Part shown: in pieces, positions 18,377 through 26,947 of the stretch
How positions within the stretch are numbered: position 1 is the stretch's first letter
Layout: each line of letters begins with the position of its first letter
Sequence record: SRR20825010_6282
DNA: 30,115 nt
Reading direction: 5' to 3' (one strand)
Notes under the pieces: model-generated
What the model saw: the letters and a program-made list of their open reading frames with translations, nothing else
Database searches by the model: none
Told to the model about the DNA's origin: nothing
Made by a program: the position numbers and the translations under genes

Positions 18377-19251
18377 TGAGCAAAGTTTTAGTAACAGGAG
18401 GGTCAGGGTTTTTAGGTAGCCACATAGCCGATGCGCTTTCTGATATCGGGCATGAGGTTACTATTTTTGATCAGGTAGCATCACCCTTTTTGCGGAAGGA
18501 TCAAAGTTTCATTCATGGCGATATTCGTGAGGCTGAAAAACTTGTAAAGCAACTTTCAGGCTTTGAATATGTGTATCATTTAGCTGCCATGGCTGATTTG
18601 AATGCCGCCAAAAACCGTCCTGTAGATACAGTCTCAATAAATATTCAAGGCACAGTCAATATGCTTGAGGCTTGCAGAATCAATAAGGTTAAACGATTTG
18701 TTTTTGGCTCTACAGTATATGTATATAGTCGCGAAGGCAGCTTTTACCGGTGCAGTAAGCAAGCAAGCGAAAACTATGTTGAGGAATACTTCAATCAGTT
18801 TGGATTAGAATATACGATTCTCAGATACGGTAGCCTTTATGGACCCAGGGCCGATATGGCAAACGGAGTTTACCGTTTGCTGAAAAATTTCATGGATCAA
18901 GATGAAATGGAACATAGTGGTAAATCAAACGATAAGCGTGATTACATTCATGTCTTTGATGCTGCCAGATTAAGTGCTTCAATTCTAGATCCACAGTACG
19001 TCAATAAAAATTTAGTATTGACAGGAAATGATAAATTAGAGATTGCTGATTTGTATAAAATGTTCAGTGAAATTTTGGGCAAAGAAGTGAAAATTAGATT
19101 CTTGGGTGACGAAGGCACTACTAATGGACATTACAATATTACGCCTTACGCTTATACCCCGAAAATTGGTCACAAACTGGTTTCTAATGAATATGTAGAT
19201 ATGGGACAGGGGCTTATTCAAGTTATTGAAGAGATTGATTCGATTCACTGA
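18376..19251 (+). CDS. NAD-dependent epimerase/dehydratase (extended SDR)
   Basis: TGGSGFLG, YHLAA, NIQGTVN, YRCSK (YxxxK), LRYGSLYGP, RDYIHVFD; TAATG overlap with the upstream gene. Confidence 0.88.
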   Translation: MSKVLVTGGSGFLGSHIADALSDIGHEVTIFDQVASPFLRKDQSFIHGDIREAEKLVKQLSGFEYVYHLAAMADLNAAKNRPVDTVSINIQGTVNMLEACRINKVKRFVFGSTVYVYSREGSFYRCSKQASENYVEEYFNQFGLEYTILRYGSLYGPRADMANGVYRLLKNFMDQDEMEHSGKSNDKRDYIHVFDAARLSASILDPQYVNKNLVLTGNDKLEIADLYKMFSEILGKEVKIRFLGDEGTTNGHYNITPYAYTPKIGHKLVSNEYVDMGQGLIQVIEEIDSIH

Positions 19252-19308
19252 TTCTTTAAATAACAAAAGTTCTTTCGTTTCCCCACATTCAAACTCGTAT
19301 TCCTTTCA

Positions 19309-19971
19309 ATGACAATAAAACCAATTTCATATACAGAACTAAGAAATTACTCATGCATGTTCTTCGATTTTGACGGTGTGGTGTTAGAGTCAGCTAATAT
19401 AAAAACCGATGCTTTTGTAGAGCTATATGCAGGAACTGGTATTGAAGAGCAAGTAAGAGAACATCATTTGGCACATCAAGGCGTAGCGCGATATGAGAAG
19501 TTCAAGTGGATTTCTGAAAACCTGATAAAACAGGAGCATACTGAGGAAATCGGGCTTGAATTGGGAGATAAATTTTCAGGGCTAGTAAAGGCCAAAGTGT
19601 TAGCAGCACCGTTTGTTCCTGGTTTTCGTGAAATGATCACCTTTATCCGACAACAAAACATTTATTGTGTGGTAGCTTCTGGTACTCCCCAAGAAGAATT
19701 GAGAGATATTATTATAAATCGAAAACTAAGTCCATTCTTTGACGAAGTTTATGGCAGCCCGAGGAAAAAAGCTGAGATTACACTAGAAGTAATGCAAAGG
19801 AAACAGTTTAGAAAAGAAGATTGCCTCTTCTTTGGTGATGCAAGCACCGATCACCAAGCAGCGGAACAAACTAATATCGATTTCTTTGCCAGGTTAACCC
19901 CCGAACTTTTTGATTATTGGGAAAGTGCAACATATAAATATGGAGCACTTGACTTCTCAAAAATGCAATAG
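19309..19971 (+). CDS. HAD-superfamily hydrolase (phosphatase)
   Basis: FDFDGV (motif I), VASGT (II), GSPRKK (III), FGDASTD (IV). Confidence 0.88.
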   Translation: MTIKPISYTELRNYSCMFFDFDGVVLESANIKTDAFVELYAGTGIEEQVREHHLAHQGVARYEKFKWISENLIKQEHTEEIGLELGDKFSGLVKAKVLAAPFVPGFREMITFIRQQNIYCVVASGTPQEELRDIIINRKLSPFFDEVYGSPRKKAEITLEVMQRKQFRKEDCLFFGDASTDHQAAEQTNIDFFARLTPELFDYWESATYKYGALDFSKMQ

Positions 19972-19977
19972 TTAACA

Positions 19978-21087
19978 ATGTCGAAACGATTAAAAATTCT
20001 TTTTGTACGACCTTCTTTGGGCTATGGTGGTGCCGACAGAGTAACGGTGAATCTACTTCAGGCCTTTGACCGAGATAAATTTCAATGTGATTTAGCTTTA
20101 ATGCGTGCCGAAGGTGAGTTTTTAGACCAAAGCCCAAACGATGTTCAACTTTTTGATCTTAAGTCTAAATCACTCTGGTCGATGTGGAAACCTCTTAAGA
20201 AGTTGATTTCTGACGGTGATTATAATGTAGTGTACTCTACCTGTGGGGGGGCTTCAATGCCTATGATGCTGGCTGCCTGGCTTGGTCGGTTTAAAGGGAT
20301 TACTGTTGTTTCAGAAAGAAACATCCTTTTTCCTCCAAAAAAGAGCAAGGCTAAAAGACGATTAATGATTTTAATTAAGGCTTTCCTCTATAAAAAGGCA
20401 ACATGGGTAACCGCTGTTTCACAAGGTGTAGCCATGGAATGTAGAGATATACTTGGTGTGAAATCAGAACGGATTAAAGTAGTTTATAATCCCATTGTAA
20501 ACAAGACACTGTTGGAAGGGGCCAGAGAACAGGTTAACCATCCATTCTTTAGTCAATATGATCAAGTCATATTAGCTGTGGGGCGCTTTAAATGGCAGAA
20601 GGATTATGACACTTTATTGAGGGCCTTTAAAAAGGTGACCGAGTCCACTGAGCGTGTTGGCCTATTTCTTTTAGGAAAGGGACCCTTAGAAAGTCACTAT
20701 CGCACGAAAGTGGTTGGAATGGGATTGAAAGATAAAGTGTGTTTTGCTGGCTTTGATAAGAATCCGTTTAAATATATGGCGGCTTCAGATGTTTATGTAT
20801 TAAGTTCCAGACATGAAGGAATGCCTGGTACGCTTGTACAAGCTATGGCTTGTGGGGCAGCCTGTATTGCAACAGATTGCCCCACAGGTCCCAACGAGTT
20901 AATAATCGATGGTGAAAATGGGTACTTGGTGGAAGTCGCTGATGATTCGGTCATGGCCGAAAAAATATTCAACTTATTGATTCATAATGATTTAAAATCA
21001 AAATTCAGAAACTTGGCTCCGATTGCGGTAGAGCAATATTCTGAAAAGAATGGAGTAGTCTCCTATTTCAATTTTCTAGAAAAATGA
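19978..21087 (+). CDS. Glycosyltransferase family 4 (WabH/PglJ-like)
   Basis: GGADRV, YNPIV, AVGRFKWQKDY, GFDKNPFKYM, SSRHEGMPGTLVQAMACG, TDCPTGPNE. Confidence 0.9.
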   Translation: MSKRLKILFVRPSLGYGGADRVTVNLLQAFDRDKFQCDLALMRAEGEFLDQSPNDVQLFDLKSKSLWSMWKPLKKLISDGDYNVVYSTCGGASMPMMLAAWLGRFKGITVVSERNILFPPKKSKAKRRLMILIKAFLYKKATWVTAVSQGVAMECRDILGVKSERIKVVYNPIVNKTLLEGAREQVNHPFFSQYDQVILAVGRFKWQKDYDTLLRAFKKVTESTERVGLFLLGKGPLESHYRTKVVGMGLKDKVCFAGFDKNPFKYMAASDVYVLSSRHEGMPGTLVQAMACGAACIATDCPTGPNELIIDGENGYLVEVADDSVMAEKIFNLLIHNDLKSKFRNLAPIAVEQYSEKNGVVSYFNFLEK

Positions 21088-22202
21088 AGCTAGCCATTCT
21101 TATTACCAACCCTAACCACCATTTAGAGCTTACCATTGAAGCGGCTAAATTAATTAAGACAAAAGGGCATCATGTTACTTATGTGTCTCTTTGTGAACTT
21201 AGAAGAATGGCTAGCCCAGAAGATACCTTCAAAAGTCACGGACTTGACTATATTAAATTTCAAAATATTTCTCAAAATTTGAAGCCTAGTTCAGGTAAGC
21301 GTACTTTGGGTAAAAGCGATTCTTTAATAAGGTCCGTGGTAAGAAGGGCCTTTTGGCTTATTAAACTTAAACCTTTCATTAAAAAGGCATTTTCTGGTTT
21401 TGATAAAGTCTTGCTGATGAATGACGCAGCTTTTCCTGGAGATAAAATATGCGAATGGCTAAAGCTTAAATCAATACCCTTTTATCTTTTGCAAGAAGGA
21501 ATTAGGTTTCCGTTACCCAATGAGACAGAAATTAAATACGGAGCGAACGGAGCACAAAAGGTGATGGTTTGGGGAGAGCGTTCTGCTAAACATTTTAGGC
21601 CTATTGTTTCTACTATAACAGAAGTGGTGGTCACCGGCTCGCCAAGGTTTAATAAGTTTTTGGAGGATATCCATCCCCATCTGATGAACGAGGCTAAACA
21701 AAAGATTTTAGGCATATTTACCAACCCTATTGACGATCAAGGATTTTGCAGCCCCGAGGCTAAACTTGATTTGTTCGAGAGATTTGTGCAACGAGCTGCT
21801 TCACAGATAAAAAACATGAATATTCAGCTTGGCATTAAATGTCACCCCCGTGAAGATATTCAGGAATATTTAACCATTGCCAATAAGTATTTACCAATAA
21901 TTGAATTACCTAAATCGATTGTAGAAGCAATTTTAATGGTGGATGCCGGTGTAATTATGGCTTCTACCGTAGGTTTAGAGCTTATGGGGGCAAAGAGGGG
22001 GCTGGCTCAATTGGAAATAACAAATCATGGCTTCGTTTTCGATTACAACGAAAGCTCTGATTTACTCAAGATACCATTAGAGGGGGACTTCGATTTATCG
22101 GTTCTTTTCGGTGAGCCAACTGAAAATTCTTATTTTTATGAACACATTGCCATTGGGAATGCCGCCCAGAAGATTACTTCCGTTTTAACAGAAGCATGTT
22201 AG
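21084..22202 (+). CDS. Putative GT-B glycosyltransferase, sialyl/ulosonyl-transferase-like
   Basis: LLQEG, VWGE, VTGSPRF, IKCHPRE (HP motif), STVGLE resemble CMP-sugar/CDP-polyol transferases; weak motif-level evidence only. Confidence 0.5.
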   Translation: MKLAILITNPNHHLELTIEAAKLIKTKGHHVTYVSLCELRRMASPEDTFKSHGLDYIKFQNISQNLKPSSGKRTLGKSDSLIRSVVRRAFWLIKLKPFIKKAFSGFDKVLLMNDAAFPGDKICEWLKLKSIPFYLLQEGIRFPLPNETEIKYGANGAQKVMVWGERSAKHFRPIVSTITEVVVTGSPRFNKFLEDIHPHLMNEAKQKILGIFTNPIDDQGFCSPEAKLDLFERFVQRAASQIKNMNIQLGIKCHPREDIQEYLTIANKYLPIIELPKSIVEAILMVDAGVIMASTVGLELMGAKRGLAQLEITNHGFVFDYNESSDLLKIPLEGDFDLSVLFGEPTENSYFYEHIAIGNAAQKITSVLTEAC

Positions 22203-23446
22203 ATATTTTTAAGCATACATTAGGAGCAAAAGGATGGTTAAGAGCATGGGCTATTTATCTGATGGCCTTCCCGTTTTATTTTTTCCCAGCAGGTAGTGCC
22301 CAACCCTCTGATATATTCATTGTGGTCATAATTGGCTTGTATGTTTTAGCCCGTAAGTTTAACCTCAGTGGTTCACTTATGGAGTCTTTTTCTCGATTTA
22401 TGAGGTTCTGTGTGTACATCACCATCGTTAATTTAGGAGTGTTCATTTCTTTACTCGGAGAGGCGAATAAGGGCTTGCCATGGTTTGTTTTTAGCGCTTT
22501 TTATTTTTACAACTTGTTTGTCATGGGGTTTGCACTGTCTCTGTATCGACAATATGGTAAACGATTTCTATACACAACGGCATATAGCTGCTTAATAGCT
22601 GCGGCACTTCAGATTACATTGTCATTCATTTTGGAAACAGGAGGTGAGGGCGTAAGGGGAGCTTTGTTTTTCACCAATCCAAATCAATTGGGTTATTACT
22701 CTCTATGTGGTTTAGCCATAGTATTGGTATTGGAAACCATGATTAAACTACCAAAACTGATGGTCTACCTTGGGTTCTTTCTTTTTAGCTATCTGGCTTT
22801 GATAAGTGTTTCTAAGGCAGCAATGGGTGCTATGGTGATTCTTTTTGGGGTCTATTTGTTGGCCAATGGAATACTTTCTACAAGAAATATATTTGCATTA
22901 ATAGTAGTAGGAGGGCTGGGCGTGTTTGGATTAACAAAGACCGAATTCGGTGCTAATTTTCAGCGAAATCTTGAAGCAAGAAATCTTAACGAAGCCGATC
23001 GACCAGAGGAGATTACAGAGTGGCAATATCGAGGTTATGATAGAATCTCAAATCATCCAGAATATATGGTTTTTGGAGCAGGAGAAGGGGGCTATAATCG
23101 ATTCGATACATTTATTGAAGGGCACGAAATGCACTCATCATTTGGGACAATTGTTTTCTGCTATGGCATACCAGGTACTGTCTTGTTTGTAATGTTTATT
23201 TTCTCTTTACTGAAGAAGCTACCGTGGTACTACGTAGTATACTCCTTACCATTGTTTGCTTATGGTGTCACCCACATGGGCTTACGGTTTACAATTTTTT
23301 GGATCGCATTGATGATGTTTCCAATTATTCGAGTGGAAAGAAGTAAGCTGAAGTTTGTAAAAATGTATTTGATGAAAAAGAGAGAAAAGGAAAGGGCTGA
23401 GGCTCTTTTGAATAAGCCTAGTCTTTTGAACCATAACGTTTCATAA
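22196..23446 (+). CDS. O-antigen polymerase/ligase-family (Wzy_C-like) membrane protein
   Basis: Roughly ten or more hydrophobic segments, NPNQLGYY, a periplasmic loop, and HSSFGTIVFCYGIPG near the C-terminus. Confidence 0.75.
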   Translation: MLDIFKHTLGAKGWLRAWAIYLMAFPFYFFPAGSAQPSDIFIVVIIGLYVLARKFNLSGSLMESFSRFMRFCVYITIVNLGVFISLLGEANKGLPWFVFSAFYFYNLFVMGFALSLYRQYGKRFLYTTAYSCLIAAALQITLSFILETGGEGVRGALFFTNPNQLGYYSLCGLAIVLVLETMIKLPKLMVYLGFFLFSYLALISVSKAAMGAMVILFGVYLLANGILSTRNIFALIVVGGLGVFGLTKTEFGANFQRNLEARNLNEADRPEEITEWQYRGYDRISNHPEYMVFGAGEGGYNRFDTFIEGHEMHSSFGTIVFCYGIPGTVLFVMFIFSLLKKLPWYYVVYSLPLFAYGVTHMGLRFTIFWIALMMFPIIRVERSKLKFVKMYLMKKREKERAEALLNKPSLLNHNVS

Positions 23447-23454
23447 GTAGCAGG

Positions 23455-24627
23455 ATGATAAATGAGAATAAGCGACCTCTCAAGTTGTTAAGGCTTACTA
23501 CCGTTCCAATGTCACTATCTCTTCTATTGAATGGTCAATTCTCTTATTTTAAGAGTGTTGGATTCAGTGTAGAAGTTGGATCAGCAGCAGGTCCAGAAAT
23601 AGAAAGCATAATTGATAATGAAAATGTAGTTCACCATCAATTTCCATTTAGTCGAGAAATCTCTCCGCTAAGAGATTTGAAAGCGCTGTTTCTCGTCATT
23701 AGGTTTTTGAAGAACAACACTTTTGATATCGTTCATACGCATACCCCTAAAGCGGGTTTAATTGGGATGTTGGCTGCCTGGTTTTGTAAGGTTCCTGTGC
23801 GTATGCATACCGTAGCGGGACTTCCGCTGATGGAAACCAAGGGTTTTAAAAGAAGAGTCTTGATGTTGGTTGAGCGCATAACTTACCGTTGTGCGACAAA
23901 GGTTTACCCCAATTCTTTTGCTCAGAGGGAATATATTAGCAAGAATATATTCTCTAAAAGTGTAAAACTGAAGGTCATAGGCAATGGGAGTAGTAATGGT
24001 ATTAATTGTGATTACTTTCGACCTTCTTCAGTGTTAATTGAAAAGGCAGAGCAGATTAGATCAGAGCTCAAAATTCCCTTCGATAAACATGTAGCAATTT
24101 TTGTTGGCAGGGTGACAGGTGATAAAGGTATTAATGAGCTTGTTAATGCTTTCAAAACGATTGAAGACTTGGATTTGATTTTGGTAGGACCTTTAGAATC
24201 AGAACTGAGTCCATTGGAAGCTTCTGTAATGAATGAGATTGAGGTAAACCCAAAAATACATTTGGTTGGTTTTCAATCAGATGTTCGCCCCTATTTATTG
24301 GCTAGCAACTTTTTGGTCTTCCCCAGTTATCGTGAAGGATTCCCTAATGCACCTATGCAAGCAGGTGCCATGGGCATACCTTGCATAGTAAGTAACATCA
24401 ATGGTTGTAATGAAATTATAATTAACGAGAAAAATGGTTTGCTCATACCTCCAAAGAATGTAGAAGATATAAGACGGGCAATCTTGCTGTTGGTAGAAGA
24501 ACCAACATTAATGGATTACTTAACACATAACGCAAGGCGAATGATTGTTGAACGATATGATCAGAAATTCCTTTGGGAAGCATTGCATTTAGAGTATCAG
24601 GACCAAATACAGAGATATGTACATTAA
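23455..24627 (+). CDS. Glycosyltransferase family 4 (CapM-like; probable second-sugar transferase)
   Basis: [58 protein letters not shown]. Confidence 0.9.
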   Translation: MINENKRPLKLLRLTTVPMSLSLLLNGQFSYFKSVGFSVEVGSAAGPEIESIIDNENVVHHQFPFSREISPLRDLKALFLVIRFLKNNTFDIVHTHTPKAGLIGMLAAWFCKVPVRMHTVAGLPLMETKGFKRRVLMLVERITYRCATKVYPNSFAQREYISKNIFSKSVKLKVIGNGSSNGINCDYFRPSSVLIEKAEQIRSELKIPFDKHVAIFVGRVTGDKGINELVNAFKTIEDLDLILVGPLESELSPLEASVMNEIEVNPKIHLVGFQSDVRPYLLASNFLVFPSYREGFPNAPMQAGAMGIPCIVSNINGCNEIIINEKNGLLIPPKNVEDIRRAILLLVEEPTLMDYLTHNARRMIVERYDQKFLWEALHLEYQDQIQRYVH

Positions 24628-25222
24628 ATACTTTAAACGTATCTTCGATTTTTGCGGGGCATTTCTTTTGTTATTATTCGCAAGTCCTCTCTTGGTAGTG
24701 GTGACTTTGTGGTTGAGTATTGTGAATTCTGGTCGACCATTTTTTTTTCAGCTCAGACCAGGTAAACATGAGAAGGTATTCAAAATTATAAAGTTTAAAA
24801 CGATGACAGATAAAAAGGATTCAAAGGGTACTTTGCTTCCTGACGATCAACGGTTGACAACTGCTGGTAATTGGGTAAGGAAACTGTCGATCGATGAGTT
24901 TCCTCAAATGATAAATGTTTTAATAGGAGATATGTCCCTAATTGGCCCGAGACCACTTTTAGTCGAATATTTACCTCTTTATTCTGAGGAACAACAGAGA
25001 AGGCATAACGTTCGCCCTGGTATTACTGGTTGGGCACAAGTTAATGGTAGAAATGCTCTAAATTGGAAAAGAAAGTTTGAAATGGATGTATGGTATGTTG
25101 ATCATGGTTCTTTTTTATTAGACTTGAGAATCTTGTTTTTGACAGTGAAAAAGGTGCTCCTTTCCGAAGGAATTAGTGGAGAAGGAGTAATGACAATGGA
25201 GAAATTTAAAGGTAATTTATGA
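24617..25222 (+). CDS. pglC: Undecaprenyl-phosphate sugar phosphotransferase (PglC-like initiating transferase)
   Basis: [48 protein letters not shown]; 201 aa monotopic type. Confidence 0.88.
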   Translation: MYIKYFKRIFDFCGAFLLLLFASPLLVVVTLWLSIVNSGRPFFFQLRPGKHEKVFKIIKFKTMTDKKDSKGTLLPDDQRLTTAGNWVRKLSIDEFPQMINVLIGDMSLIGPRPLLVEYLPLYSEEQQRRHNVRPGITGWAQVNGRNALNWKRKFEMDVWYVDHGSFLLDLRILFLTVKKVLLSEGISGEGVMTMEKFKGNL

Positions 25223-25818
25223 TCCTTATTGGAGCTTCTGGGCATGCAAAAGTCATATTGGATATTCTTGAACAGAATGGAGTTAATGTAGAGTGTCTGG
25301 TAGACGCTAATCCTAGCCTTACTTCCCTATGTGGATATACTGTGGAGCATGACTCCACTTTTGATTTTGAAGGAAAGGAAGCTATTCTGAGTATTGGGTC
25401 AAATAAAATTAGAGAAAAGCTTAGTGATTTACTGCCATGTACGTTTACAACTGCGATTCATCCTAAAGCAATTCTAGATAAGACGGTGAAGATTGGAGAA
25501 GGTACCGTGGTTATGGCCGGAGCTGTGCTTAATCGAGATGCTGCAGTAGGCAAGCATGTAATAATTAATACATCTGCATCTGTAGATCATGATAATCTTC
25601 TAAAAGATTATGTTCATATTAGTCCTAATGCTACCCTTTGCGGAACAGTAGCTGTTGGTGAAGGAACACATATTGGGGCTGGCGCTACAATAATTCCTAA
25701 TGTAAGTATAGGTAAATGGGCTATAATTGGAGCTGGTGCAGTCGTAATTAACGATATCCCAGACTATGCAGTTGCGGTAGGTAATCCGGCTAGAATAATT
25801 AGGTATATCAATGAGTAA
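25219..25818 (+). CDS. pglD: PglD/NeuD-family hexapeptide-repeat sugar acetyltransferase
   Basis: [25 protein letters not shown], hexapeptide repeats, VGNPAR. Confidence 0.88.
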   Translation: MILIGASGHAKVILDILEQNGVNVECLVDANPSLTSLCGYTVEHDSTFDFEGKEAILSIGSNKIREKLSDLLPCTFTTAIHPKAILDKTVKIGEGTVVMAGAVLNRDAAVGKHVIINTSASVDHDNLLKDYVHISPNATLCGTVAVGEGTHIGAGATIIPNVSIGKWAIIGAGAVVINDIPDYAVAVGNPARIIRYINE

Positions 25819-26947
25819 TGACAGGATATGGCTTTCATCTCCCCACATGGGAGGTAGCGAGCTTAAGTACGTAAAGGAAGCCTTTGACACCAACTGGATT
25901 GCTCCATTGGGGCCTAATGTCGATAATTTTGAAAAGGAATTAGGAGAGTATTTATCTGTAGATCACGTTGCCGCATTGTCCAGCGGTACAGCTGCCATTC
26001 ATTTGGCATTAATTATTTTAGGTGTTAAGCCAGGAGATGAAGTCATAGCCCAGAGCTTCACTTTCTGCGGGACAACGAACCCCATATTATATTTAGGAGC
26101 AACACCGGTTTTAGTTGATAGTGAAAAGGATACTTGGAATCTCGATCCTGTTTTACTCGAAGAAGCTATTCTTGATCGAGTCAAAAAAGGAAAAAAGCCA
26201 AAAGCAGTCATTATGGTTCACCTTTATGGTATGCCTGCTCGGATAAAAGAACTCTTAGAGGTATGTAATCGCTATGATGTTCCTTTAATAGAGGATGCAG
26301 CGGAAGCATTGGGCTCTGTCATTGACGGTAAGCAGGCAGGTAGTTTTGGCCATTTTGGTATTCTGTCTTTCAATGGAAATAAGATCATTACAACCTCTGG
26401 TGGAGGAGCATTAGTAAGTGATAATAAAGAATGGATTGAAAAATCTCGTTTTTTAGCCACTCAAGCTAGAGATGAATCACCTCACTATGAACACACCGAA
26501 CTAGGCTATAATTACCGGATGTCAAATATTTTGGCAGGTGTCGGTCGCGGACAATTAGAAGTACTGGGTAATCATATTTTAAAAAGGAGAGAGGTTAACG
26601 CATATTATCGCAAACATTTAAATCTTGAAAGGCTTTACTTTCAGTCCGAAATGAGTGGGGTAGATTTATCTAATTATTGGTTAACTTCAATCAAGATTGA
26701 ACCGGAGTTACTAGGGGTAAGCCGTGAAGATATTCGACTTGAATTGTGGAAAAGTAATATAGAAACTCGACCTCTTTGGAAGCCAATGCATTTACAACCT
26801 TTGTATAAGGATTGTCCATATTATGGTCATGGCATCAGTGATGAGCTGTTCTTGAAGGGATTGTGTTTGCCGTCTGGCTCTAATTTGACTTTAGTAGAAT
26901 TGGAAAGAGTGGTCATTGGGTTTAATAAAGCGATCAAAAAACTGTGA
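25811..26947 (+). CDS. pglE: DegT/DnrJ aminotransferase (PglE/EpsN-like UDP-4-keto-6-deoxy-GlcNAc transaminase)
   Basis: IWLSSPHMGG, NWIAPLGPNV, EDAAEALG, SFNGNKIITTSGGG, GYNYRMSN, RPLWKPMHLQP, CLPSGS. Confidence 0.88.
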   Translation: MSNDRIWLSSPHMGGSELKYVKEAFDTNWIAPLGPNVDNFEKELGEYLSVDHVAALSSGTAAIHLALIILGVKPGDEVIAQSFTFCGTTNPILYLGATPVLVDSEKDTWNLDPVLLEEAILDRVKKGKKPKAVIMVHLYGMPARIKELLEVCNRYDVPLIEDAAEALGSVIDGKQAGSFGHFGILSFNGNKIITTSGGGALVSDNKEWIEKSRFLATQARDESPHYEHTELGYNYRMSNILAGVGRGQLEVLGNHILKRREVNAYYRKHLNLERLYFQSEMSGVDLSNYWLTSIKIEPELLGVSREDIRLELWKSNIETRPLWKPMHLQPLYKDCPYYGHGISDELFLKGLCLPSGSNLTLVELERVVIGFNKAIKKL

